Positions 48,255-58,317 of a stretch of 62,068 nt of DNA are shown here, piece after piece. The DNA is from an uncultured Rhodanobacteraceae bacterium (GTDB lineage: Bacteria > Pseudomonadota > Gammaproteobacteria > Xanthomonadales > Rhodanobacteraceae): positions 1 through 62,068 of the forward strand of contig CAZBZD010000001.1 in NCBI GenBank assembly GCA_964496295.1, in the 5' to 3' direction. Within the stretch, counting starts at the first letter, position 1, and each line of letters opens with the position of its first letter. The position numbers and the translations under genes are program-made. The notes beneath the pieces are model-generated. The model was not told the origin of the DNA and did not search any database. It worked only from the letters and a program-made list of their open reading frames with translations.

Positions 48255-48468
48255 GCGGCACCTCCGGGAGCCGCACCGGCAGCTGGCCGGTCTCCGGACA
48301 GCAAAAGTGTGGTGCTTTGCCCGGCCGGATGCAAGGGAACCGCCGGTCCGGGCCGCGCGCACGCCGCGACGTGCGTCCGTGCAACCGGGCCGGCCTGCGC
48401 GCAATGCAGTAACCTTGCCGCCACGGACCTGCCGGATGACGGACACGGTGCCCGGGGAGCTTGCCGGA

Positions 48469-49158
48469 ATGACGATACTCGTGCTGCAAATCGTGGTGTT
48501 GTGCCTGCTGGCGGCGGCGGTGGTGCTCTGGGCGATCTATTTCCCGTACCCGTCGCCGCTGGTGCGCCGCTGGCTGCCGCCGCGCAAGCGCTGGCCCGAA
48601 GCGCAGGTCCGTTCGTGGCTGCGGCGGGGCAGGTTCCAGCGCGCCTTCCTGCGTCATTTCTACAGCGATCCCGAGCGCGTGCCGCCGCCGGGCGACAGCC
48701 TGCTGGCGGCGGCCGACGGGCTGGTGAAAAGCGCCGAGGTGCGCGACGGCACACGTTACCTGGTGATCGCGTTGAGTTTCTGGGACATGCACGTGCAGCG
48801 CAGCCCGGTGGCCGGCACGGTGCTCGGGGTGACGGCGCACGGGGACGACTTCATGGACGGCGAGGGCCGCGAGTTCGTCTTTCTCAGGGAAAAATCCTGC
48901 CCCGTGCAGAAGCGGCTGGTGATCGCGACCGGGGCCGGGCAGGTGGCCGTGCGCCTGATCACCAGCCTGGCGGCGCGGCGCATCGAGACCTGGGTCGGCG
49001 AGGGCGAGCGGATCGAGCGCGGGCAACGGATCGGCAGGATCCTGCTGGGCAGCACGGTGGTGGTCGAACTGCCGCCCGAGGCGACGCTGCTGGTGCGCCC
49101 GGGCGATCGCGTCCGCGCCGGCGAAACGCCCGTCGCCGAAAGCGTGGCCGCCCCGTGA
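48469..49158 (+). CDS. psd: Phosphatidylserine decarboxylase-family proenzyme (short, N-terminally membrane-anchored type)
   Basis: N-terminal TM, FYSDPERVPP, AAADG, SFWDMHVQRSPVAG (conserved His), ITSLAARRI and the pyruvoyl self-cleavage motif LLG-ST. RBS GGGGAG precedes the ATG at 48469. Confidence 0.82.
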   Translation: MTILVLQIVVLCLLAAAVVLWAIYFPYPSPLVRRWLPPRKRWPEAQVRSWLRRGRFQRAFLRHFYSDPERVPPPGDSLLAAADGLVKSAEVRDGTRYLVIALSFWDMHVQRSPVAGTVLGVTAHGDDFMDGEGREFVFLREKSCPVQKRLVIATGAGQVAVRLITSLAARRIETWVGEGERIERGQRIGRILLGSTVVVELPPEATLLVRPGDRVRAGETPVAESVAAP

Positions 49159-49358
49159 GCGCCTTCCTGTGGGCGTCCGGCCACCTGGGCTGGGGCCTCT
49201 TCGCGCTGGCCGTGTTCACCGGCCTGTGGTGGCTGCTGGCCGACCTGTACTGGCGCATGAAAACCGTCCCCGGCACGCGCCAGCTGGCGACCGTCGCCGC
49301 CGGCTGGCTGGCCGGTGCCGGCCTGATCGTGCTCGGGTTCTTCCTCGGCCATTCGTGA
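49155..49358 (+). CDS. Small two-TM membrane protein (67 aa), coupled to psd
   Basis: The GTG overlaps the psd TGA (GTGA). Two hydrophobic segments: WGLFALAVFTGLWWLLA and VAAGWLAGAGLIVLGFFLG. Confidence 0.7.
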   Translation: MSAFLWASGHLGWGLFALAVFTGLWWLLADLYWRMKTVPGTRQLATVAAGWLAGAGLIVLGFFLGHS

Positions 49359-49424
49359 CGTCCCCCGGTGCGGGTGCCGGACGCACGGGCCTTTCCGCGT
49401 GCCTTTTCGCATGGCGCTGGACAG

Positions 49425-49441
49425 TGTCGGAATACTTTACA
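49425..49441 (+). promoter_or_regulatory. Enhancer box (putative PrsR site), distal
   Basis: TGTCGGAATACTTTACA. Confidence 0.78.
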
Positions 49442-49549
49442 CAGCGGCCGGCGCGCCGGAAGCCGGGGCGGCGTGCGGAAACGCTTGTCCGGCGCGGCTC
49501 CGGCGGTGCCGGTGGGCCGGCAGCTCCCGTGTGCGCGGGGCCGTCGGCG

Positions 49550-49566
49550 TGTCGGTATTCTTTACA
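49550..49566 (+). promoter_or_regulatory. Enhancer box (putative PrsR site), proximal
   Basis: TGTCGGTATTCTTTACA, ending 65 bp before the sigma-54 motif. Confidence 0.8.
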
Positions 49567-49611
49567 CTTGCCGTATCCGGGGGATGGCAGGACGCCACGA
49601 TAACCCAGGAA

Positions 49612-49624
49612 AATCAACAGGTTG
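49612..49624 (+). promoter_or_regulatory. IHF binding site
   Basis: AATCAA-CAGG-TTG, at the same offset from the sigma-54 motif as the site at 45447. Confidence 0.65.
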
Positions 49625-49630
49625 CATCTT

Positions 49631-49646
49631 TGGCATCGACCTTGCT
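49631..49646 (+). promoter_or_regulatory. Sigma-54 promoter (-24/-12)
   Basis: TGGCATCGACCTTGCT. Confidence 0.82.
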
Positions 49647-49758
49647 TCATCGTGGTTCCAAGGCCGCAGGGCATCGCGCCCTCGTCCGGCCCGGCGCGTT
49701 TTTCCGGCCGGTGCAGGCAGGCGGGGACCGGCAGAACAGAACGGGAAGGGGGGAAGGA

Positions 49759-50610
49759 ATGAACGACAGGAAGCTCCGGACATGCGTGGCGGCGGCAGGC
49801 ATGGCGGCCGCCTGCGCGTGTGCAACCGCCGCGTTCGCCAGCGTCACCACGGTGTCGCAGGGCGCGCTGGTGCCTTCGGGCCAGTACTACACCGACACGA
49901 TCGGCGGCGGCATCGGTTCGCAGGTGATGAAGCGCAACGACGACGGTTCCACCGGCATGCTCGATCTCGGCTTCACGCTCGATTTCTTCGGGCACGACTA
50001 CAGCCACTACTGGATCAACAACAACGGCAACATCACCTTTGCGGGATCCCTGTTCAACTTCACGCCAAACGGTCCGCAGGGGGCGCTCCAACCCATCATT
50101 TCGCCGTTTTTTGCCGACGTGGATACGCGCAACACCGACAGCGGCCTGGTCTACCTGCGCACCGATGTCGCCAATGAAATCATCGTGACCTGGGATGCGG
50201 TCGGTTATTACGGCGGGCATGCCGACAAGCGGAACAGCTTCCAGCTGGTGCTGCGCGGCCCCGACTACGCGATCCCGGCGGGCGAGGGTTCGATCGGCTT
50301 TTTCTACAAGGGCATGAACTGGGAAACCGGCGATGCCAGCGACGGCAACGGCGGTTTCGGCGGGGTGCCCGCCGCGGTCGGCTTCGGCAACGGCAGCGGC
50401 GACGGCATCGTGCTGGCCGGTTCCATCCAGCAGGGCATCTCCGCCGCGGTCGGCAACCATTTCATCTGGTTCGACCAGGACCTCGAGCCGCTGCTGCCGA
50501 CCGGTCCCGCCGTGGTGCCGGAGCCGCCGGAGTGGCTGCCGATGCTGCTCGGCCTGCTCTGCACCGGCGGACTGGTCCATCATGCACGGAGGCGCCGCGG
50601 TACCGGCTGA
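49759..50610 (+). CDS. PEP-CTERM protein with nidogen-like (NIDO) domain
   Basis: Signal peptide, RNDDGS, INNNGNITF, ISPFFADVDTR, VTWDAVGYY and NSFQLVL. C-terminal VPEP-PEWLPMLLGLLCTGGLV-HHARRRR. Confidence 0.9.
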   Translation: MNDRKLRTCVAAAGMAAACACATAAFASVTTVSQGALVPSGQYYTDTIGGGIGSQVMKRNDDGSTGMLDLGFTLDFFGHDYSHYWINNNGNITFAGSLFNFTPNGPQGALQPIISPFFADVDTRNTDSGLVYLRTDVANEIIVTWDAVGYYGGHADKRNSFQLVLRGPDYAIPAGEGSIGFFYKGMNWETGDASDGNGGFGGVPAAVGFGNGSGDGIVLAGSIQQGISAAVGNHFIWFDQDLEPLLPTGPAVVPEPPEWLPMLLGLLCTGGLVHHARRRRGTG

Positions 50611-50831
50611 GGCGGGTATCGGTTCGATGATCGACACCGGCAACGGAGGGCCGGTCGTCGCGCGTCACGCCTGCACGGTCACGACCCGGCGAACGGGTGG
50701 CGACCGTGCCGGCGCGCCCGCTGCCGGGCCGGCGGGCGGGGTCGCGCAACACGCATGCACGGACGCCATGACAGGTGCAACAGAAGATGAAACTGCTACA
50801 TTGGACGCAAACGGGAACCACGGGGGCAGGA

Positions 50832-51986
50832 ATGGACACGCAGCCGGTCAGGATCGATCTGATCGCGGCGGCACGACCCAATTTCATGAAGGTCGCGCCG
50901 CTGTACCACGTGCTGCGCGACCAACCCTGGTGCTGCCTGCGCCTGGTGCATACCGGCCAGCACTACGATGCCAACATGTCCGAGGCGTTCTTCCGCGACC
51001 TCGGCCTGCCTTCGCCGGACCTGCACCTGGGTGTCGGCAGCGGCAGCCACGCGGCGCAGACCGCCGGCGTGATGCTGGCCTACGAAGCGGCCTGCCTGGA
51101 CGACCGGCCGGACCTGGTGGTGGTCGTGGGCGACGTCAACTCGACCCTGGCCTGCGCGCTGGTCGGTTCCAAGCTGCACGTCAAGGTGGCGCACCTGGAA
51201 GCCGGGCTGCGCAGCGGCGACCGCCGCATGCCCGAGGAGATCAACCGGCTGGTCACCGACACCCTGGCCGACATCCTGTGGACGCCGTCGCCGGATGCCG
51301 ACGAGCACCTCGCCGCCGAGGGCGTGCCGGCGGACAAGATCACGCGGGTCGGCAACATCATGATCGACTCCTGCGAGTTGATGCGCGGGCGCATCCGGGC
51401 CAGCGGCGAGCGTCGCCGGCTTGGCCTGGAGGCGGGCGAATACGGCGTGGTGACCCTGCACCGCCCGTCCAACGTGGACACGAAGGCGCCGCTGGCGGCG
51501 CTGGTCGAACAGCTGCGGGCGATCGCCGGCCGCCTGCCGCTGGTGTTTCCCGTGCACCCGCGCACGCGCAAGAGCCTGGAGGCATTCGGCCTGTGGCAAG
51601 GCCTGGCGGCCGGCACGGGCCTGCTCGTCACCGAGCCGCTGGGCTACGTGGACTTCATGAACCTGGTGAGCGGCGCGCGCCTGGTCATCACCGATTCGGG
51701 CGGGATCCAGGAAGAAACCACCTACCTCGACATCCCGTGCCTGACCCTGCGCAGCACCACCGAGCGGCCGATCACCCTCACCGAGGGCAGCAACCGGCTG
51801 GTGACCGCCGCGACCCTGGGGCCGAGCGTGGACGCCATCCTCGCCGGCCGCTGGACGCACGGACGCTGCCCCGCGCTGTGGGACGGGCACGCCGCCGAAC
51901 GCGTGCTGGCGGACATCCGCGAGCGCCTGCGCGACACCGCGGCCGCGTTCCCCGCGACGCGGGAAAACCACGCCGGCCGCGCCTGA
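50832..51986 (+). CDS. wecB: Second non-hydrolysing UDP-GlcNAc 2-epimerase
   Basis: ARPNFMK, HTGQHYD, GDVNSTLA, HLEAGLRS, TDSGGIQEET and TTERP. Confidence 0.9.
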   Translation: MDTQPVRIDLIAAARPNFMKVAPLYHVLRDQPWCCLRLVHTGQHYDANMSEAFFRDLGLPSPDLHLGVGSGSHAAQTAGVMLAYEAACLDDRPDLVVVVGDVNSTLACALVGSKLHVKVAHLEAGLRSGDRRMPEEINRLVTDTLADILWTPSPDADEHLAAEGVPADKITRVGNIMIDSCELMRGRIRASGERRRLGLEAGEYGVVTLHRPSNVDTKAPLAALVEQLRAIAGRLPLVFPVHPRTRKSLEAFGLWQGLAAGTGLLVTEPLGYVDFMNLVSGARLVITDSGGIQEETTYLDIPCLTLRSTTERPITLTEGSNRLVTAATLGPSVDAILAGRWTHGRCPALWDGHAAERVLADIRERLRDTAAAFPATRENHAGRA

Positions 51987-52053
51987 ACGCCGTGCCGGGC
52001 ACGTCTTCCAGGAGCCTATAATGACCGGGAAACGAGGCAGGGGTTGAGCAGCC

Positions 52054-54138
52054 ATGCACGTCATCGTCATTGGCAGTTACCTGTTCGCTGCCGCCATGTT
52101 CCTGGTGGTGACGGTGTTGCTGGCGCTGGGCTGGCGCGGGCAGCGCAACGGCACCCTGCTGATCCTGGCCACGGCCGTGACGACGCTGTGGGGGGTGGTG
52201 CTGGCGTACGCCGAATGGCGGCAGTCGCTGTCCGGCCACTGGCTGCTGCTGGCCGAGGCGCTGCGCTACGGCGGCTGGCTGGTCTTCATCGGCGCCCTGT
52301 TCGGCGGCTGGCCCATGTCCGGCCTGCTGCGCGGCGTCCGCGTCGGCGCCCAGGCGCTGTGGGTGCTGCTGGCGCTGTATTGCCTGTGGCCCGCGGTCGC
52401 GCCGGCATCGGCCGGGCTGCCGTTCGACCTCAACGTGCTGCTGGTCGGCATCCTTTTGCTGGCTCTGGCCGGCGTGGTGTTCCTGGAGCAGATCTTCCGC
52501 AACGCCGAGCCGCAGCACCGCTGGGCGCTGAAGTTCCTGCTGATCCCGCTGGCCGGGATGTTCGCCTACGACATCTTCCTGTACTCCTACGCGATGCTCT
52601 ACCACGCGTTCAACCCCAGCGCGTGGGCGGCGCGCGGCTTCGTCGACGCGCTGCTGGCGCCGCTGCTGCTGGTGGCGGCCGCGCGCAACCGCCGCTGGTC
52701 GCTGGAGGTGGGAGTGTCGCGGGGCGTGGTGTTCTATTCCACCAGCCTGCTGGTGGTGGCCTGCTACATCATCGCCATCGCCGTGGGCGGCTACTACGTG
52801 CGCCTGTACGGGGGCGACTGGGGCAAGGTGGCGGAGATCGCCATGATCTGCCTGGCGCTGCTGCTGGTGATCATGATCGCCAGCTCGGGCCAGGCGCGTT
52901 CGCGCCTGAAGGTCTTCCTGCACCGGAACTTCTTCAGCCTCCGCCACGACTACCGCGAGCAATGGCTGCGCCTGACCGCGACGCTGGCGGCCAGCGGCGG
53001 CGACACCGAGTTGCCGCTGCGCGCGGTGCGCGCGGTGGCGCAGACCATGGACAGTCCCGCCGGCGCGCTGTTCATGCGCAACGACACGGAAACCTTCGTG
53101 CCGGAAGCGGAGTGGAACATGCCGGTGCCGGCCGGCATCCGCTTCGCCGCCGCCAAGCCGGTGTTCGAATTCATGCGCGCGAACCGCTGGATCTACGACC
53201 TCGGCGACGAGCCGCCCATGCACGACGAAAGCCTGCGCGCGCCGACCTGCCTGGCCGCGCTGCCGCATGCGTGGCTGCTGGTGCCGCTGCTGCTGGAGGA
53301 CCGCCTGGTCGGGTTCGTGGTGCTGGCGCAGGCACGCGCGCGCCGCGCGCTGGACTGGGAAGACATCGACCTGCTGCGCACCGCCGGCAGCCAGGTCGCC
53401 GGCACCCTGATGCAGGCCGCCAACGCCAGGGACCTGGCCGAGGCGCGCCAGTTCGAGGGCTTCAACCGCCTCACCGCCTTCCTCATGCACGACCTCAAGA
53501 ACGTCGCCGCGCAGCAGTCGCTGCTGCTGCAGAATGCCGCGCGCCACAAGCACAACCCGGCGTTCGTGGACGACATGCTGGCCACGGTCGGCAATTCGGT
53601 GCACCGCATCACCCGCCTGCTCGAGCAGTTGCGCGGCGATCCGGCGCCGGCCGCCCACGGCTGGGTGCGCCTGGCCACGGTGGTCGAAAAGGCGCTCGCC
53701 GAATGCCGCGCGCAGGCGCCCGAACCCCGCTACCGGCCGCCCGAGGGCGAACCGTGGGTGCACGCCGACGCCGAGCAGCTGACCACCGTCGTCGAGCACC
53801 TCGTGCGCAATGCCCAGGATGCGGCGACGGCCCGCGGCCACGTCACGCTGAGCCTGGAGCAGTCCGCCGGACAGGCCGTGCTGGAGATCGCCGACGACGG
53901 CGCGGGCATGGACGAGGAGTTCATCCGGCACCGGCTTTTCAAACCGTTTTTCACCACCAAGGGGAGTCGCGGCATGGGTATCGGTGCCTACCAGGCACGT
54001 GAATACGTGCGCCTGCTGGGCGGGACGCTGAACGTGGACAGCACGCCCGGGCGCGGCACCGTGTTCACGATCCGCCTGCCGCTGGCCGGCCCCGCGGCCG
54101 GCAGCGTCGAGGCCGGCCGGTTGAGGGCGACGTCATGA
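52054..54138 (+). CDS. prsK: PEP-CTERM-system sensor histidine kinase
   Basis: Multiple TMs, YREQWL, GAF-like region, H-box FLMHDLKN, DDGAGM and PFFTTKG...GMGIGAY. Confidence 0.93.
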   Translation: MHVIVIGSYLFAAAMFLVVTVLLALGWRGQRNGTLLILATAVTTLWGVVLAYAEWRQSLSGHWLLLAEALRYGGWLVFIGALFGGWPMSGLLRGVRVGAQALWVLLALYCLWPAVAPASAGLPFDLNVLLVGILLLALAGVVFLEQIFRNAEPQHRWALKFLLIPLAGMFAYDIFLYSYAMLYHAFNPSAWAARGFVDALLAPLLLVAAARNRRWSLEVGVSRGVVFYSTSLLVVACYIIAIAVGGYYVRLYGGDWGKVAEIAMICLALLLVIMIASSGQARSRLKVFLHRNFFSLRHDYREQWLRLTATLAASGGDTELPLRAVRAVAQTMDSPAGALFMRNDTETFVPEAEWNMPVPAGIRFAAAKPVFEFMRANRWIYDLGDEPPMHDESLRAPTCLAALPHAWLLVPLLLEDRLVGFVVLAQARARRALDWEDIDLLRTAGSQVAGTLMQAANARDLAEARQFEGFNRLTAFLMHDLKNVAAQQSLLLQNAARHKHNPAFVDDMLATVGNSVHRITRLLEQLRGDPAPAAHGWVRLATVVEKALAECRAQAPEPRYRPPEGEPWVHADAEQLTTVVEHLVRNAQDAATARGHVTLSLEQSAGQAVLEIADDGAGMDEEFIRHRLFKPFFTTKGSRGMGIGAYQAREYVRLLGGTLNVDSTPGRGTVFTIRLPLAGPAAGSVEAGRLRATS

Positions 54139-55499
54139 GCGGGTCTTCGCGTTGCCTGCTGGTCGTCGAGGACGACGCCGGACTGCAGAGCCAGTTGCGC
54201 TGGAGTTTCGACGATTACACCGTGGTCGTGGCCGGCGACCGGCCCGCGGCGCTCGCGCAGCTCGCCAGGCACGAGCCGGCGGTGGTGCTGCAGGACCTGG
54301 GCCTGCCGCCGGACGCGTCGGGTACCGACGAGGGCTTTGCCTGCATCGCGGAGATCCTCGAAAAGGCGCCCCACACCAAGGTCATCGTGGTCACCGGCAA
54401 CGGCGACCGCGACAACGCGGTCAAGGCGATCGGCAGCGGCGCCTACGACTTCTGCTCCAAGCCGCTGGACCTGGAAGTGCTGCGCCTGATCGTGGACCGC
54501 GCCTTCCGGGTACACGAGCTGGAAGCGGAAAACCGCAAGCTGCGCGGCCGGGCGGAAGCTCCGCTGGAAGGCATCATCGGCAGCAGCCGCCCCATGCGCG
54601 AAGCCTGCCGGCTGGTGGAGAAGGTGGCGCCCACCAACGCCACCGTGCTGCTGCTGGGCGAAACCGGCACCGGCAAGGAACTGTTCGCGCAGGCGGTGCA
54701 CCGGCTGAGCGCGCGCAGCGAGGGGCCGTTCGTGGCCATCAACTGCGCGGCGATTCCCGAAAACCTGCTGGAAGCGGAACTGTTCGGCTACGAAAAGGGC
54801 GCCTACACCGGCGCGCACAAGCAGACCCGCGGCAAGATCGAGCTGGCCTCCGGCGGCAGCCTCCTGCTCGACGAAATCGGCGACATGCCGATGCCCCTGC
54901 AGTCGAAGATGCTGCGCTTCCTGCAGGAGCGGGTGGTGGAGCGCATCGGCGGGCGCGAGACGATCCCGGTGGACGTGCGCATCATCTGCGCCACGCACCA
55001 GGACCTGCGCGCGCTGATCGGCGAGGGACGCTTCCGCGAGGACCTCTATTACCGCGTCAGCGAAGTGGCCATCCCGTTGCCGCCGCTGCGCGAGCGCGCG
55101 GGGGACCTGCAGCCGCTGGCGCGGCATTTCCTGGAGCAGGCCGCGCAGCGCCACGGCAGCGCCGTGCGCGGGTTCACCGCCAAGGCGGTCAAGGCGATCG
55201 AGGCGCACCCCTGGCGCGGCAACGTGCGCGAGCTGGAAAACGCCGTCAACAGCGCCGTGATCATGGCCGAGGGCAAGCAGATCCGGCCCGGCGACCTGCA
55301 CCTGGGCAGCCTCGACGACGACGCGTTCACGAACCTGCGCGACGCGCGCGCGGAGGCCGAGCTGCATGCCATCCAGCGTGCGCTGACGCAGTCCGGGGGC
55401 AACCTGTCGAGGGTGGCCGAACTGCTCGGCATCAGCCGGCCGACCCTCTACGACCTGCTGGACAAGCACGGCCTGAAAAAAACATCCGATGTCGATTGA
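54135..55499 (+). CDS. prsR: Sigma-54-dependent response regulator of the PEP-CTERM system
   Basis: Receiver domain (VEDD, QDLGLPPD), GETGTGKE, ELFGYEKGAYTGA, WRGNVREL and a Fis-type HTH LGISRPTLY. Confidence 0.94.
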   Translation: MSGSSRCLLVVEDDAGLQSQLRWSFDDYTVVVAGDRPAALAQLARHEPAVVLQDLGLPPDASGTDEGFACIAEILEKAPHTKVIVVTGNGDRDNAVKAIGSGAYDFCSKPLDLEVLRLIVDRAFRVHELEAENRKLRGRAEAPLEGIIGSSRPMREACRLVEKVAPTNATVLLLGETGTGKELFAQAVHRLSARSEGPFVAINCAAIPENLLEAELFGYEKGAYTGAHKQTRGKIELASGGSLLLDEIGDMPMPLQSKMLRFLQERVVERIGGRETIPVDVRIICATHQDLRALIGEGRFREDLYYRVSEVAIPLPPLRERAGDLQPLARHFLEQAAQRHGSAVRGFTAKAVKAIEAHPWRGNVRELENAVNSAVIMAEGKQIRPGDLHLGSLDDDAFTNLRDARAEAELHAIQRALTQSGGNLSRVAELLGISRPTLYDLLDKHGLKKTSDVD

Positions 55500-55533
55500 A
55501 ACGGGCTGCACGGCGGCCTCGAGGAGGACAACC

Positions 55534-58254
55534 ATGGACACGATCAGGTGGAACCGGCGCGGGCCGTGGCGGGGCCTGGCCCTGGGATGCGTGCTCGCGC
55601 TGCTGGCCGCCGGGTGCGGCCTGGTCGGCGGGCAGGGCAGCCTGGCCGAGGCAACCGGGTACCAGGCCCAGGGCAAGTACCGCGCCGCCTACATCGAGGC
55701 CAAGAAGGTCCTCCAGCACGACGCCGGCAACGGCAAGGCCTGGTTGCTGCTGGGCAAGGCCTCGTTGCGGCTCGGCGACCCGAAGGACGCCCTGAACAGC
55801 CTCGAAAAGGCGCGCGCCAACGGCGTGCCCCAGGCGCGCTGGATGGTGCCGACGGGGCAGGCGCTGCTGGTGACCCGGCAGTTCGACAAGCTGCTCGACA
55901 CCCTGTCGCCCGAGCCGCCGCTCGAGGCCGGCCTGCAGGCGCGGGTGGACACGCTTCGCGGCGACGCCCAGCGCAACCTGAAGCAGCCCGACCAGGCGAA
56001 GCAGTCGTACCGGTCGGCACTGAAGCTCGACCCCGGCCATCCACGGGCGCTGGTCGGGCTGGCCCGGCTGGCGGCCGCGGACAAGGATCCGGCGGCCGCC
56101 GACGCCTATGTGGACAAGGCCATCGCGGCGGCGCCGGAAAGCCCGCAGGCGTGGGTGACCCGGGGCGACCTGGCCTTCGAGCGCGGCGACCTTGCGGCCG
56201 CCGAGGCGGCCTACCGGAAGGTGCTGGGCTTCAAGCATGCCGACTGGCTGCCCCAGGAACGCTTCTACGCCCGCGTCCGGCTGGCCGGCGCGCTGGCCCG
56301 CCAGCACAAGTACGACGATGCCCTGGCCAGCATCGAGGTGCTGGAAAAGGAGGCGCCCAAGCAGCCCCGCCCGCATTTCCTGCACGCGACCGTCCTCTAC
56401 CAGCAGGGGCATCTGGACAAGGCCGTCGAGCAGTTGCAGCTGGTGCTGCAGGCCGATCCCGACAACCCGCACGCCCAGTTGCTGATGGGAGCGGTCAACT
56501 ACGCCAAGGGCAACGACGGCCAGGCGCAGATGTACCTCAGCAACGTGATGGGCATGGACCCGGACAACGTGCCGGCGCGCAAGCTGCTGGCACTCACGCT
56601 TTATCGCCAGGGGCGTTCGCAGCAGGCCCTGGCGACGCTCCGGCCGGCGGTGCCGGGCCAGCCTTCCGACGCCCGGCTGCTGGCCATGCTGCAGAAGGCC
56701 GTGGCCAGCGACGCCGGCATGCCGGGCCGCAAGGCTTCGGTGGCCGCGGCCAGCAGCACCTCGCCGGCGGCGCACCGGGCCGCCTCGCGGATGATGGCGC
56801 AGTTGCGCGACAAGCACCCCGACAAGGCCGTCGAGACGGCCGCCGCCTTCGCCGCCGACCATCCCGACGACAGCGCCGCGCACTTGCTGTACGGCACCGC
56901 GCTGGTGGCCGACAACCAGCTCGACCGCGCGCGCGAGGAGTACGAAAAGGCCACCAGCCTGGATCCGGACAATGTCGCCGCGTTGCTGAGCCTGGGCGGC
57001 GTCGATTCGCTGCAGCGCAAATACAAGAGCGCCGAAAGCCGGTTCCGGTCCGTGCTGGACGTCGATCCGAAAAACGTGGAGGCGATGGTCGCGCTGGGCC
57101 GGCTTGCCGCGATGCAGGGCGACAAGGCCGCGGCCATCAAGCAGCTCCGCCAGGCCATTGCCAAGGTGCCCGGATCCACCAAGGCCCATGCCGCGCTGAT
57201 CATGCTCTACACCCGCAACGGCCAGTTCGACCAGGCAAGCAAGGTGGCGGAGAAACTGGCCGCGGCCCAGCCCGACAACCCGGTGGCGCTCAATGCGCTG
57301 GGCGCGGCGCGGCTCAACGCGGGCCAGTCCGCCAAGGCCGTCGAGGCGTTGCGCAAGGCCGTGAAACTGGCGCCGGACAAACCCGGGTATCGCGTCAACC
57401 TGGCGCGGGCGCAGATCGTCGGCAAGGACCTCGCCGGCGCCGAGAGCAACCTCGCCGCGGTGGTCGAAAAGGACCCCCGCCAGGTGCAGGCCGCGTCCCT
57501 GCTGGCGTTCGTCAAGCTGCAGAAGCACGACCTGCCGGGCGCCATCGCCCTGGCCCGCAAGCTGCAGGGGCAGGATGCCACCAGGGCGGCGGGCTTCGCG
57601 CTCGAAGGCGACCTGTACATGGCGGACAAGACCTACGCCAAGGCGGCCGAGGCCTACCGCAAGGGCCTGCAGGTCGAGCAGACCCGGTCGCTGGTCATCA
57701 AGCGCTTCCTGGCCCTGAGCCGGTCCGGTGCCGCGCATCCCGGGCAGGTGCTCCGCGACTGGGTGGACCAGCATGCCGACGATGCCGCCAGCCGCATGCT
57801 GCTGGCCGAGTACTACCTGGCCCGGGGGCAGGACAAGGAGGCGGCCGGACAGTACGAGCAAGTGCTGAAGAACTACCCGTCCAACGTCATGGCCCTCAAC
57901 AACCTCGCCTGGATCTACGTCGGCGAGCACGACCCGGCCGCGCTGGAAACGGCCAGGCGGGCCCACGACCTGGCGCCGTCCTCGCCGAGCGTGCAGGACA
58001 CCTATGCCTGGGCGTTGCTGCGGGCCGGCCGGGCCGATGCGGCATTGCCCCTCCTGACCCGGGCCGCCAAGGCCGCGCCGAAGGTTCCCGACATCCAGTA
58101 CCACCTGGCCATGGCCAAGGCCCGCACGGGCGACAAGGCGGGCGCGCGCGCGACGCTCGAGCCGCTGCTGAAATCCGGCGCGCGGTTCCAGGGCCGCAAG
58201 GACGCGCGGAAACTGCTGCTCGAGCTGGGCGGAGCACCGGCCCATGCCGAATGA
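55534..58254 (+). CDS. prsT: PEP-CTERM-system TPR lipoprotein
   Basis: RBS GAGGAGG, lipobox LLAAGC, long TPR array, LNNLAW and DTYAW. Confidence 0.92.
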   Translation: MDTIRWNRRGPWRGLALGCVLALLAAGCGLVGGQGSLAEATGYQAQGKYRAAYIEAKKVLQHDAGNGKAWLLLGKASLRLGDPKDALNSLEKARANGVPQARWMVPTGQALLVTRQFDKLLDTLSPEPPLEAGLQARVDTLRGDAQRNLKQPDQAKQSYRSALKLDPGHPRALVGLARLAAADKDPAAADAYVDKAIAAAPESPQAWVTRGDLAFERGDLAAAEAAYRKVLGFKHADWLPQERFYARVRLAGALARQHKYDDALASIEVLEKEAPKQPRPHFLHATVLYQQGHLDKAVEQLQLVLQADPDNPHAQLLMGAVNYAKGNDGQAQMYLSNVMGMDPDNVPARKLLALTLYRQGRSQQALATLRPAVPGQPSDARLLAMLQKAVASDAGMPGRKASVAAASSTSPAAHRAASRMMAQLRDKHPDKAVETAAAFAADHPDDSAAHLLYGTALVADNQLDRAREEYEKATSLDPDNVAALLSLGGVDSLQRKYKSAESRFRSVLDVDPKNVEAMVALGRLAAMQGDKAAAIKQLRQAIAKVPGSTKAHAALIMLYTRNGQFDQASKVAEKLAAAQPDNPVALNALGAARLNAGQSAKAVEALRKAVKLAPDKPGYRVNLARAQIVGKDLAGAESNLAAVVEKDPRQVQAASLLAFVKLQKHDLPGAIALARKLQGQDATRAAGFALEGDLYMADKTYAKAAEAYRKGLQVEQTRSLVIKRFLALSRSGAAHPGQVLRDWVDQHADDAASRMLLAEYYLARGQDKEAAGQYEQVLKNYPSNVMALNNLAWIYVGEHDPAALETARRAHDLAPSSPSVQDTYAWALLRAGRADAALPLLTRAAKAAPKVPDIQYHLAMAKARTGDKAGARATLEPLLKSGARFQGRKDARKLLLELGGAPAHAE

Positions 58255-58317
58255 CCCGCCCCCGCGCGCCCCGGCCGGGGCGGATGCCGCGCGCATGACC
58301 CGCGAGGAGGCCGTGCG

